Shown: one piece after another, positions 1-8,829 of the stretch | Position numbering within the stretch: the stretch's first letter is position 1 | How the letters are laid out: each line of letters opens with the position of its first letter | Origin: Comamonadaceae bacterium | Lineage (GTDB): Bacteria > Pseudomonadota > Gammaproteobacteria > Burkholderiales > Burkholderiaceae_C | Length of the DNA: 64,000 nucleotides | Direction: 5' to 3' | Assembly (NCBI GenBank): GCA_947476285.1 | Contig: CANJPU010000009.1 | Location: forward strand, 3,630-67,629 | Position numbers and translations under genes: made by a program | The notes under the pieces: generated by a model | The model's database searches: none | Seen by the model: the letters and a program-made list of their open reading frames with translations, nothing else | Told to the model about the DNA's origin: nothing

Positions 1-1169
1 CCGGCGCGGGCATAGGTTGACAGCAAGGTCTTGAGCTTCACGCCTTGCTCACCGGCACGCGGATACGCGTAGGTGAGCGCGCCGCTCGGGCACACGGTGG
101 TGCAGGCACCGCAGCCCACACACAAGTTGGCATTGACCTTGATCTGCTGGCGTGATTTGTCGCTGGCAATCGCCTCAGCCGAGCAGACCTCGATGCAGGC
201 ATTGCAGCCGACGGTTTCGTTGCGGCTGTGGGCGCAAAGCTTTTGCTTGTAATTGAAGAAGCGGGGCTTATCAAATTCGCCAACCAGCTCGCGCAGTTTT
301 AGCAAGCTGCCGATAGCTGCTTCGCCCCAGGCCTGGCCTGCAGCAGGGGGCGGCAGATGAAAGAAACCCTGCGGCGGCGCATGCCGCAAGAAAGCCGGCG
401 TCGCACGCAGATCCAGCACCAGGTCAAAGCGCTCGCTGCGGGGTGAGTTGTCGCGGCCAAAATCAATTGCGCCGGCGGCATCGCACGCACTCAGGCAAGC
501 CCGGTGCGAGGCGCACTTGTTCATGTCGATCTGATAATCGAGCCCGATCGCGCCTTCCGGACAGGCGGCCACACAGGCATTGCAGCGGGTGCACAGATCG
601 AGGTCAATTGGATTGGTGGCGACCCAGGTCAACTCGAATGCGCCGAGCCAGCCCTTGATGCTGTCAATGCGCCCGCTGATCACCGGGTAGCGCCGCTCTT
701 GTGCGCCCGAGCCGCCCACGCTGAACACGCTCACATCAAGCGCATCGTCAAGCAAGGCCGCCGCCTTCTCGGCCTGCGCAAGCTCACCGATGATCAGCAG
801 GCGGCCTGCGCTCTTGAAGCTGACTGTGCCCACCGGCTCGGGCTGCGGCAGGCGCGCGGCAGCCAGCAAGGCGGCGATCTTGGGCATGGCCTGGCGTGCA
901 TCGCGGCTCCAGCCGCCGGTCTCGCGGATATTGACAAAGCGGATGGGCGATACCGTGCCCTCGGTGGCCTGGGCGATCTCGCCAAACAGGCGCGTCTCCT
1001 GCGTGCAGGCGACCAGCACCTCCCCGCCCGCGACAATCGCCTTCTGAAATGCGCCGGCCTCGCGCCGGCACAAGCTCGAATGCAGCGTCAGCTCTTCATT
1101 GAGTGCCTCGCCCAGGATCTTCCCCTGCAGAGGCATGGTTTTGTTGCAATCGCAGATCAGGGTCGGCAT
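1..1169 (-). CDS. 4Fe-4S multicluster protein of FDH clusters, HdrA-like architecture (partial, runs off window start)
   Basis: Manual translation from ATG 1169 (absent from ORF track): MPTLICDCNKTMPL..LCRRE..VACTQE..FVNIRETGGWS..LCTRCNACVAACP..GCNACIEVC..LCVGCGACTTVCP; several CxxCxxCxxxC motifs. Confidence 0.85.
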   Translation of the reverse strand, partial: MPTLICDCNKTMPLQGKILGEALNEELTLHSSLCRREAGAFQKAIVAGGEVLVACTQETRLFGEIAQATEGTVSPIRFVNIRETGGWSRDARQAMPKIAALLAAARLPQPEPVGTVSFKSAGRLLIIGELAQAEKAAALLDDALDVSVFSVGGSGAQERRYPVISGRIDSIKGWLGAFELTWVATNPIDLDLCTRCNACVAACPEGAIGLDYQIDMNKCASHRACLSACDAAGAIDFGRDNSPRSERFDLVLDLRATPAFLRHAPPQGFFHLPPPAAGQAWGEAAIGSLLKLRELVGEFDKPRFFNYKQKLCAHSRNETVGCNACIEVCSAEAIASDKSRQQIKVNANLCVGCGACTTVCPSGALTYAYPRAGEQGVKLKTLLSTYARA

Positions 1170-1680
1170 GGTGGGTGGGTTCGGGTTCGGCTTGTGCGGG
1201 TGGTGGCGGTTCGCACTGTGCCACTGTTTCGCCAATGGGGTTATCCGCATCATCCCTTGCCCGTTGCGCGGCCTCTTGTTTTTCCTCTTCGTCAAAGAGG
1301 CCCAGGAATTTCGCACTGGCCAATTGGCGCAGCATGGCGGGAGGAATCGGGTCAGGCTTTGAGTAGTCGTCGATGTAGACGTCCATGCCGTCCATGATGT
1401 TGTAGCGAGGGTCGGCAAACAGCTTTTTCAAGGCCGCGTTCTTCACCTCGGGGGCGACATCGGCAGCGGCGAAGCGAGCAAAGTCAGATTCAGGCGTGAG
1501 GGCCTTGGCCTCATCCAGGGTGGGTGCGGCTGGCGTGGCGGCGTCGGGCTCTCCTGGAGTCGCGACAGGCGATGCCTCTGCGCGCGTGGCCGGGGCAACG
1601 ACTGGCTCGGGTTCGAGCGCCTTGCCCTCTTTTGCATCGAGTTTGCGCCTGGACCAGCGCCCCAGAAAACCATCACTCAT
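1096..1680 (-). CDS. DUF3306 domain protein
   Basis: MSDGFLGRWSRRK; ESDFARF..VKNAALKKLFADPRYNIMDGMDVYIDDY; ATG overlaps DUF3305 stop. Confidence 0.85.
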   Translation of the reverse strand: MSDGFLGRWSRRKLDAKEGKALEPEPVVAPATRAEASPVATPGEPDAATPAAPTLDEAKALTPESDFARFAAADVAPEVKNAALKKLFADPRYNIMDGMDVYIDDYSKPDPIPPAMLRQLASAKFLGLFDEEEKQEAAQRARDDADNPIGETVAQCEPPPPAQAEPEPTHHADPDLRLQQNHASAGEDPGRGTQ

Positions 1681-2215
1681 TGCCGCCTCCACCAAACTTC
1701 TTCTCGGTGGACACCGATGCCGGATTGCCGAATCGGTCTTGCAAAGGCTTGAAGCTCTCGGGGCGCCTGCGCCGCTTGGGCTCGATCACATAGTGCGCGT
1801 CGGTGAAGGCACGCATCCACTCCACGATGTGCGCTGGCGCGGGCACCTGCTCCACTGTTTCTTGCGCGTCCAGCCAGCGGCCGGCGTCGTGGTAGCTCAG
1901 CGACACCATGGCCGGGCGCGCCAGAGCTTGCCCATCCCCAGACTCGTCCATGCGCCACAGGACAAACCAGCAGGGCGCCGGCGTGGTGATGTTCAGGTAA
2001 TAGCCCTCGGCATCGTCGCGGAACAACTCGACGACGAAGCCGGGGTGCAGCCAGCGCTCTTCGTCGTCGTTGCGCACCAAGAGGCGCGCTTGCGTGCCAA
2101 AGGCGGCCTCGTGAGGCACCACCTCGGCCAGCGCCCAACGCCAGGCTTGCCATGGGTTGTTGATGCGCTCACGGCGCATGATCACTGCCACTTCTGTACT
2201 CGGGCGCTGGCTCAT
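1673..2215 (-). CDS. DUF3305 domain protein
   Basis: NPWQAWRW, LFRDDAEGYYLN, VSLSYHDAGRWLDAQETVEQVP, KRRRRPESF. Confidence 0.85.
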   Translation of the reverse strand: MSQRPSTEVAVIMRRERINNPWQAWRWALAEVVPHEAAFGTQARLLVRNDDEERWLHPGFVVELFRDDAEGYYLNITTPAPCWFVLWRMDESGDGQALARPAMVSLSYHDAGRWLDAQETVEQVPAPAHIVEWMRAFTDAHYVIEPKRRRRPESFKPLQDRFGNPASVSTEKKFGGGGNE

Positions 2216-2229
2216 GGCCGCACTGTAGC

Positions 2230-3597
2230 CTACGGCGCCTGTTGCGCGCTGGACGGCTGGGCCAGCGTGATGCTTACCCGCAAGCCACCGAGTTGCGGAT
2301 CACGGTCAACATCCAGACGCCCGCCGTAGAAGTCGACGATGTCGGTGGCGATATTCAAACCCAGTCCATGCCCGGCCTTGGCTTCGTCCAGCCGCACACC
2401 GCGCTTGAGAATCTCCTGCATTTCCTCAGGCGAGCAACCCGGGCCATCGTCAGCTACCGTGATGCCCAGTTGCGCATCGCCCCCAGTCACCGGTGCCGTG
2501 ATGGCAATGGCCACACGCGCAGCGGCCCACTTGCAGGCGTTGTCGGCCAGATTGCCTATCAGTTCGAGCATGTCCTCCCGATCAAAGGGCAGCAAGATGT
2601 CGGGCATGGAGAGATTGAAGTCAATCTCTTTCTCACGGTAAACACCGGCCAGCACACGCGTGAGCACCGGCAAGTCCGATGTCGGGTTGAAGTAGGCGCC
2701 CGCGCCGGCGCCGGGGGTGCCGGCCAGCCGAGCCCGGCGCAGCTCGCGCTCCACCCGATCGCGAATCGCACCGGCTTGTTCGCGCAAGACCTGCTGCACC
2801 TGGGGCGGTGCAGCGGGGTCTTCGGCGCTGCGAAACAGCACCGCCAGTGGGGTCTTGAGCGCATGGGCCAGATTGCCCAGGGCGGTGCGCGATTGATTGA
2901 GCCTGCGCTGCAGCAGCACCAGCAGGCGATTGACTTCATCGACCAGGGGCTTGATCTCCTGCGGGACATCGCCGCTGATTTGCGCATTCTTGCCGGCGCC
3001 CACTTCACGCAACTGGTCGCGCACGCCAGCCAAGGGCTGCAAGGCACGCTGCACCGCCAGCCGCTGCATCCACACCGCCGCGCCCAACAGGGGAATGAAA
3101 ATCGCCAGCGAGGCCAGGCTGAGCTGCCAAATTTCGCGATTGGTCTCACTCAGATCTTCAGCGACAAAAAGGGTCAGCTCATGGCCTGCGACCTTTTCGC
3201 TGCGTGCAAATACGAGCACTGGCTGCCCGGCTGGACCCTGTGCGTGGTAGTCGAACTTTTCTCCAACCCGTATCGGTGCAGTGGGCAGGGCAAAGCCGCC
3301 GAGCGAGGCCGAATGCAGGCTGTGCGCATTGTCCACCCGTATCACGAAGTAGTGGCCCGAATGAAGCTGCTGATACACCGGCTCGATGCCATGGGTGTCC
3401 AGCCGGGGCCGGCCCGCCGCATCAAATTCAAGCGTGGCCTGCAGCGCGCCGCTGTCGTGGTCCAGGTGCGCCAGCATCTGCCCCTGGCTGACGCGCCGAA
3501 TGGCCACGCTAAGCAGCAACCACTGAGCCAGAAAAACCAGGACCAGCATCACCGTGAGCGTGCGTATCAGTCGGCCGCGCAAGGTCTTCATCTTCAT
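2230..3597 (-). CDS. Sensor histidine kinase (PhoQ/QseC-like)
   Basis: Two TM segments, H box LAHALKTPL, NLADNACK, DDGPG, GHGLGL. Confidence 0.92.
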   Translation of the reverse strand: MKMKTLRGRLIRTLTVMLVLVFLAQWLLLSVAIRRVSQGQMLAHLDHDSGALQATLEFDAAGRPRLDTHGIEPVYQQLHSGHYFVIRVDNAHSLHSASLGGFALPTAPIRVGEKFDYHAQGPAGQPVLVFARSEKVAGHELTLFVAEDLSETNREIWQLSLASLAIFIPLLGAAVWMQRLAVQRALQPLAGVRDQLREVGAGKNAQISGDVPQEIKPLVDEVNRLLVLLQRRLNQSRTALGNLAHALKTPLAVLFRSAEDPAAPPQVQQVLREQAGAIRDRVERELRRARLAGTPGAGAGAYFNPTSDLPVLTRVLAGVYREKEIDFNLSMPDILLPFDREDMLELIGNLADNACKWAAARVAIAITAPVTGGDAQLGITVADDGPGCSPEEMQEILKRGVRLDEAKAGHGLGLNIATDIVDFYGGRLDVDRDPQLGGLRVSITLAQPSSAQQAP

Positions 3598-4265
3598 GCC
3601 GCCTTTTCTTCTTGCAGCACGTAGCCCTGGCCGCGCCGTGTCGCGATCAAGCCCGCACCGATCTTGCGGCGCAGTCGATTGACATAGACCTCGATCACGT
3701 TGCTGTCGACATCGTGCTCGCCGTCATACACATGTTCGAGCAGGTAGGTCTTGGACAGCACCTTGCCGGGCTGCAACAGAAAGCAGCGCAGCATCCGGAA
3801 CTCGATGGCGGTGAGCGCGTCTTCCTGGCCGCTGGCGTGCACAATCATTTGCCGCTCCTCGTCCAGATGCCAGCCATCGGCCCCCAGCCGCTGTGGCGAG
3901 CGGACCCGGCTGCGCTTGGACAATGCCGCCAGCCGCGCGGCAAGTTCCTCGAAATGAAATGGCTTGCCAAGGTAATCGTCGGCACCGGCCTTGAAGCCGT
4001 CCACCCGCTCGTGCCAGGCGTCACGGGCGGTGAGGATCAAAGTGGGCACATTGAGGCCGGCCGCGCGCCACTCTCTAAGCACTTGCAGGCCACCTTTGCC
4101 CGGCAGGCCCAGGTCCAGCACCACAAGATCGTAGGGCTCGACACTGCCAAGGTGAGCGGCATCGATGCCGTTGTCCGCGACATCGACCGCATAGCCCGCC
4201 GCCACCAGATCGCGGCGCAGTGATTCGCTCAACTGGGGGTCGTCCTCGGCGAGAAGCAGGCGCAT
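3594..4265 (-). CDS. OmpR-family response regulator
   Basis: AEDD, VLDLGLP, LTARD, ADDYLGKPF, wHTH NVIEVYVNRLRRK. Confidence 0.95.
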   Translation of the reverse strand: MRLLLAEDDPQLSESLRRDLVAAGYAVDVADNGIDAAHLGSVEPYDLVVLDLGLPGKGGLQVLREWRAAGLNVPTLILTARDAWHERVDGFKAGADDYLGKPFHFEELAARLAALSKRSRVRSPQRLGADGWHLDEERQMIVHASGQEDALTAIEFRMLRCFLLQPGKVLSKTYLLEHVYDGEHDVDSNVIEVYVNRLRRKIGAGLIATRRGQGYVLQEEKAA

Positions 4266-4272
4266 GGTGTTC

Positions 4273-7140
4273 TCAAGCCGCGCTCACCTGCACCGCGCAG
4301 TATTTGAACTCGGGAATCTTGCCGAATGGATCGAGTGCGGAGTTGGTCAGCAGATTGGCTGCCGCCTCCGCATACGCGAAGGGGATGAACACCGTGCCTT
4401 GCGGTGTGCCGTCGTCGCGGCGGACAAAGAGCTCAACTTCACCACGACGCGAGCGCACGCGCAGGCGCTGGCCAGCCACCAGGCCCAGTGCCTGGATGTC
4501 GTGACCACACATGGACGCACTGGCCACCGGCTCGATCGCATCGAGCACGGCGCTGCGGCGCGTCATGCTGCCGGTGTGCCAATGTTCGAGCTGGCGGCCG
4601 GTGATGAGCACGAAGGGAAATTGCGCGTCGGGCTTTTCGTTTGCAGGCAGCAGTTGTGTTGGCACCAGATGAAGGCGCCCGTCCGATGTGGGGAAATGGT
4701 CAATGAACACGATGGGCTGGCCCGGATCGTCCGCGCTCAGGCACGGGTAGGTGACGCTGCCCTCGCGCTCAAGCCGCTCCCAGCTTATGCCGGCAATCGC
4801 CGCGTGCATCGCCTGGCGCATTTCTTCATAGACCTGCGCCACGCCCTCTTCAGGCCCACCATAGTGCCAGTGCAGACCCAGGCCTTTGGCCATTTGTTGA
4901 ATCAGCCACAAATCGGGCTTGGCGTCGCCCGGCGGATCGATCGCCTTGCGGCCTAGCTGCACCATGCGATCGGTGTTGGTCACCGTACCGGTTTTCTCGG
5001 GCCAGGCGGTCGCCGGTAGCACCACATCAGCCAGCCAGGCGGTCTCGGTCATAAAGATGTCCTGCACCACGAGATGGTCTAGCGAGGCCAGAGCATGGCG
5101 CGCATGGTTGAGGTCAGGGTCACTCATGGCTGGGTTCTCGCCCATGATGTACATGCCGCGCACTTTGTCAGGGTCATCCTCGTCGGCCAAGGCCTTGCGC
5201 ATGATCTCGACCACTGTGTAGCCAGGCCGCGCGTCGAGTTTTGTGCCCCAGAATGTTTCGAACCAGGCGTGGGCCTCGCCGTTGTCCACACGCTGGTAGT
5301 TGGGGAACATCATGGGAATGAGCCCGGCGTCGCTTGCGCCTTGCACATTGTTCTGGCCGCGCAAGGGGTGCAGGCCACTGCCAGGCTTGCCGATCTGACC
5401 AGCCACCGCGCACAACGCGATCAGGCAGCGCGCGTTGTCAGTGCCGTGCACGTGCTGGCTGATGCCCATGCCCCACAGGATCATGGCGGATTTGGCTTTG
5501 GCAAAAGCCCGTGCAACCTCGCGAATGGTGGCTGCCGGGATGCCACAGATATCTTGCATGGCTTCGGGGCTGAAGGCCAGCACGCCTTGGCGCAAAGCCT
5601 CGAAGTTGCTGGTGCGCTGCGCAATGAACCGGGTATCGGCCAAGCCCTCTTCGATGATGGTGTGGATCATCGCGTTGAGCAGGGCCACATCGGTGTCGGC
5701 CTTGAACTGCAGGGTGCGCCAGGCGTGGCGCCCGATGTCGGTGATGCGCGGGTCGGCCAGCACGATCTTCGTGCCCTGGCGGGCGGCATTCTTCATCCAG
5801 GTGGCGGCTACCGGATGGTTGCTGGTGGGGTTGGAGCCGATGACGATGATCAACTCGGCATGTGCCACATCACTGACCTGGTTGCTCACCGATCCCGAGC
5901 CCACGCCTTCGAGCAGCGCGGCCACGCTGGAGGCATGACACAGCCGGGTGCAATGGTCCACGTTGTTGCTGCCAAAGCCAGTGCGCACCAGCTTCTGAAA
6001 CAAGTACGCCTCTTCGTTGGTGCCCTTGGCCGAGCCGAAGCCGGCCAGCGATTTGGGGCCATAGGCATCGCGCAGAAACATGAGCTTGCCGCTGGCCAGT
6101 TGCAGCGCCTCGTCCCAGTCGGCCTCGCGAAATACCTCGGCCCAGCGCGTGGGGTCGCGCATCACGTTCGCATCCTTGTCCACACCAGCCTTGCGGATCA
6201 AGGGCCGCGTCAGGCGATGCGGATGGTGCGCGTAGTCAAAGCCGAAGCGGCCCTTGACGCACAGCCGGCTGTGATTGGCCGGGCCGTCGCGGCCATCGAC
6301 GCCGACGATTTTTTCGTCTCGCACCTTGTAGGTGATCTGGCAGCCGACTCCGCAGAACGGGCAGACCGAGTCAACTTCGCGGCCCACTGCCTGCGATCCG
6401 ATCAGCGTCTTTGGCATGAGCGCGCCAGTGGGACAGGCCTGCACGCATTCGCCGCAGGCCACGCAGGTGCTAGCGGCCATGGGGTCGGCCAGGTCAAACA
6501 CGATCTGGCTGTGCGCTGCGCGATGGGCGTAGCCGATCACGTCGTTGGCCTGCACTTCGCGGCAAGCACGCACGCAGCGGGTGCACTGGATGCAGGCGTC
6601 AAGATTGACGGCCATGGCGGGGTGGGAGAGGTCTGCGCTGGGTTGTTCGCGGCGCAGCGCTTTGAGTTGCGCGCGCGGTGTGACGCCCATGCGCTGCGCC
6701 CAGGCGCTGAGCTCGCCGTGCTGGCCGGAGGGGGTGGATCCCGGATCAAGTCCGGGATGACAGTCAGTTGTCATTGCGGCCTCCGAGCCGCCATCCATGC
6801 GACGCGCGCCATCGTTCCACTTAAAGCCGTCATCGGGCATGTCCGCCAGCAGCATCTCCAGCACCATCTTCTGGCTCTTGCGCGCTCGTTCACTGCTCGC
6901 CTGCACTTGCATGCCAGGCGTAACAGCGCGGCAGCAACTGGGCGCGAGCACGCGTTCGCCGGCTACCTCAACCACGCAGGCGCGGCAGTTGCCGTCGGGG
7001 CGCATGCCCGCCTTGTAGCAAAGCCGGGGGATCTCAACGCCCACACGATCAGCAGCCTGCAAAACAGTCTCGCCCTCAAGCGCCTGCACACGCTGGCCGT
7101 CCAGCGTGAACTCAACAAGGGGTAGATCAGCTGATTTCAT
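4273..7140 (-). CDS. fdhA: Formate dehydrogenase alpha subunit (Mo/W-bisPGD, Cys ligand), NAD-linked type
   Basis: 2Fe-2S (PRLC..GNCRAC..PSCC), two 4Fe-4S motifs, CPFCGVGC, RLCHASS, LRGQNNVQG, PFAYAEAAANLLT; start MKSADL overlaps beta stop. Confidence 0.93.
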   Translation of the reverse strand: MKSADLPLVEFTLDGQRVQALEGETVLQAADRVGVEIPRLCYKAGMRPDGNCRACVVEVAGERVLAPSCCRAVTPGMQVQASSERARKSQKMVLEMLLADMPDDGFKWNDGARRMDGGSEAAMTTDCHPGLDPGSTPSGQHGELSAWAQRMGVTPRAQLKALRREQPSADLSHPAMAVNLDACIQCTRCVRACREVQANDVIGYAHRAAHSQIVFDLADPMAASTCVACGECVQACPTGALMPKTLIGSQAVGREVDSVCPFCGVGCQITYKVRDEKIVGVDGRDGPANHSRLCVKGRFGFDYAHHPHRLTRPLIRKAGVDKDANVMRDPTRWAEVFREADWDEALQLASGKLMFLRDAYGPKSLAGFGSAKGTNEEAYLFQKLVRTGFGSNNVDHCTRLCHASSVAALLEGVGSGSVSNQVSDVAHAELIIVIGSNPTSNHPVAATWMKNAARQGTKIVLADPRITDIGRHAWRTLQFKADTDVALLNAMIHTIIEEGLADTRFIAQRTSNFEALRQGVLAFSPEAMQDICGIPAATIREVARAFAKAKSAMILWGMGISQHVHGTDNARCLIALCAVAGQIGKPGSGLHPLRGQNNVQGASDAGLIPMMFPNYQRVDNGEAHAWFETFWGTKLDARPGYTVVEIMRKALADEDDPDKVRGMYIMGENPAMSDPDLNHARHALASLDHLVVQDIFMTETAWLADVVLPATAWPEKTGTVTNTDRMVQLGRKAIDPPGDAKPDLWLIQQMAKGLGLHWHYGGPEEGVAQVYEEMRQAMHAAIAGISWERLEREGSVTYPCLSADDPGQPIVFIDHFPTSDGRLHLVPTQLLPANEKPDAQFPFVLITGRQLEHWHTGSMTRRSAVLDAIEPVASASMCGHDIQALGLVAGQRLRVRSRRGEVELFVRRDDGTPQGTVFIPFAYAEAAANLLTNSALDPFGKIPEFKYCAVQVSAA
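6735..6803. repeat. Intragenic REP doublet (TGTC-tagged) in fdhA
   Basis: TGGATCCCGGATCAAGTCCGGGATGACA-GTCAGT-TGTCATTGCGGCCTCCGAGCCGCCATCCATGCGAC; both halves resemble the REPs at 59629-59720. Confidence 0.88.
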
Positions 7141-8815
7141 GGGGAAAATACTTCTGCACGCAACGCACCGGGTTAGGCGCGGCCTGGCCCAGTCCACAGA
7201 TGGACGCGTCGGCCATGACCTGGTTCAAGTCTTCCAGCGTTGCGTTGTCCCACACCTGTGCCTGCATCAACTGCGCCGCCTTGGCCGTGCCCACACGACA
7301 TGGCGTGCACTGGCCGCAGCTTTCATCAGCGAAAAATTTCATCATGTTCAGCGCTGCGTCGCGGGCCTTGTCATGCTGGCCGAGGACGATGACCGCAGCC
7401 GAGCCGATAAAGCAACCGTGCGGCTGCAAGGTGTCGAAATCCAGCGGAACATCGGCCAGGCTGGCCGGCAAAATACCGCCGGACGCGCCACCTGGCAGGT
7501 AGGCATAGAGCTCGTGCCCGGGCGCCATGCCGCCGCTGTATTCATCGACCAGCTCGCGCAGCGTGATGCCGGCCGGTGCCAGCTTGACCCCGGGCTCGCG
7601 CACCCGCCCGCTCACACTGAATGAGCGCAAGCCGCTGCGGCCATGCCGGCCATGGCCTGCGAACCATTGCGGGCCTTTCTCCACAATATCGCGCACCCAG
7701 TAAAGGGTTTCGAAATTGTGCTCCAACGTGGGCCGCCCGAACAAGCCTACCTGCGCGATGTAGGGTGGCCTCATGCGCGGCTCACCGCGCTTGCCTTCGA
7801 TGCTTTCGATCATGGCGGATTCTTCGCCGCAAATGTAGGCGCCTGCGCCACGGCGCAACTCGATGCGCGGCAAGGGGCAAGGCGGGTTCGACTGCAGCTT
7901 GGCCAATTCGGCCTGCAGCATGGCGCGGCATTCGTGGTATTCGTCGCGCAGATAGATGTAGATGGCCTCAACGCCCACCACCTGGGCGGCGACCAGCATG
8001 CCTTCCAGGAAGCGGTGCGGTTCGCGCTCAAGATAGTGCCGGTCTTTGAAGGTGCCGGGCTCGCCTTCGTCGATGTTCACGGCCATCAGGCGCGGCGACG
8101 CTTGCTCGCGCACGATGCGCCACTTGCGCCCGGCCGGAAAGCCCGCGCCGCCCAGACCGCGCAGGCCGGCGTCTTCCATGGCCTTGAGAATGCGCTCGGC
8201 CTCATCTTGGCTATTGGCCACTGCTGCGGCCAGTGCGTAGCCGCCGGCGGTGCGATAGGGTTCGTAGCCGATGAAGCCCGCAACAGGTTCTGAAGGTGAA
8301 GGCTTGCCAACTTGTTCAGCAACGCGCTGCGCCGTGGCACAAGCCACCGCGACCTGCCCCACCAGCACTGCCGGCGCCTGCTCACACCGGCCAATGCACG
8401 GCGCGGCAATCACGCGCACTGCGCTGCCCAAGACGGCGGGCAGACGCGCAAGCAGATCGCCCGCGCCGCTCATCTCGCATGAAAGGCCATTGCACACCCG
8501 CACCGTCACGGGCGCGCCTTGTTTTCCATCGCGCAATATCTCGAAGTGGTGATAAAAGCTTGCGACTTCGAACACTTCAGCCATCGAAATGTTCATCTCG
8601 TGCGCCAGCGCCACAAGGTGGTGATCGTGCAAGCCGTGGAAGGCATCATTGAGACGATGCAGCTGCTCGATCAGCAGATCGCGCCGGTGGCCGCCTGCCG
8701 GGGCCGCACCCACTAGGCCGCGAACCTCGGCCACCGCACGCTCATCGGGCTGGCGCCCCTTGAGCTTGCCAGAGCGCTCGCCTGACCTGACAACGCGGAT
8801 GGGCGCCTCGTGCAT
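7127..8815 (-). CDS. Formate dehydrogenase beta subunit (NuoE+NuoF-like: 2Fe-2S, FMN, 4Fe-4S)
   Basis: VCNGLSC..CIGRC; GLRGLGGAGFP, DEGEPGT, GAGAYICGEE, ESCGQCTPCR..ICGLG. Confidence 0.92.
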   Translation of the reverse strand: MHEAPIRVVRSGERSGKLKGRQPDERAVAEVRGLVGAAPAGGHRRDLLIEQLHRLNDAFHGLHDHHLVALAHEMNISMAEVFEVASFYHHFEILRDGKQGAPVTVRVCNGLSCEMSGAGDLLARLPAVLGSAVRVIAAPCIGRCEQAPAVLVGQVAVACATAQRVAEQVGKPSPSEPVAGFIGYEPYRTAGGYALAAAVANSQDEAERILKAMEDAGLRGLGGAGFPAGRKWRIVREQASPRLMAVNIDEGEPGTFKDRHYLEREPHRFLEGMLVAAQVVGVEAIYIYLRDEYHECRAMLQAELAKLQSNPPCPLPRIELRRGAGAYICGEESAMIESIEGKRGEPRMRPPYIAQVGLFGRPTLEHNFETLYWVRDIVEKGPQWFAGHGRHGRSGLRSFSVSGRVREPGVKLAPAGITLRELVDEYSGGMAPGHELYAYLPGGASGGILPASLADVPLDFDTLQPHGCFIGSAAVIVLGQHDKARDAALNMMKFFADESCGQCTPCRVGTAKAAQLMQAQVWDNATLEDLNQVMADASICGLGQAAPNPVRCVQKYFPHEIS

Positions 8816-8829
8816 GGTTCAAGCTGGGT

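Noticed and set aside
5925-5950. Selenocysteine in FDH active site
   Set aside because: Reads RLCHASS with a Cys codon; no in-frame TGA
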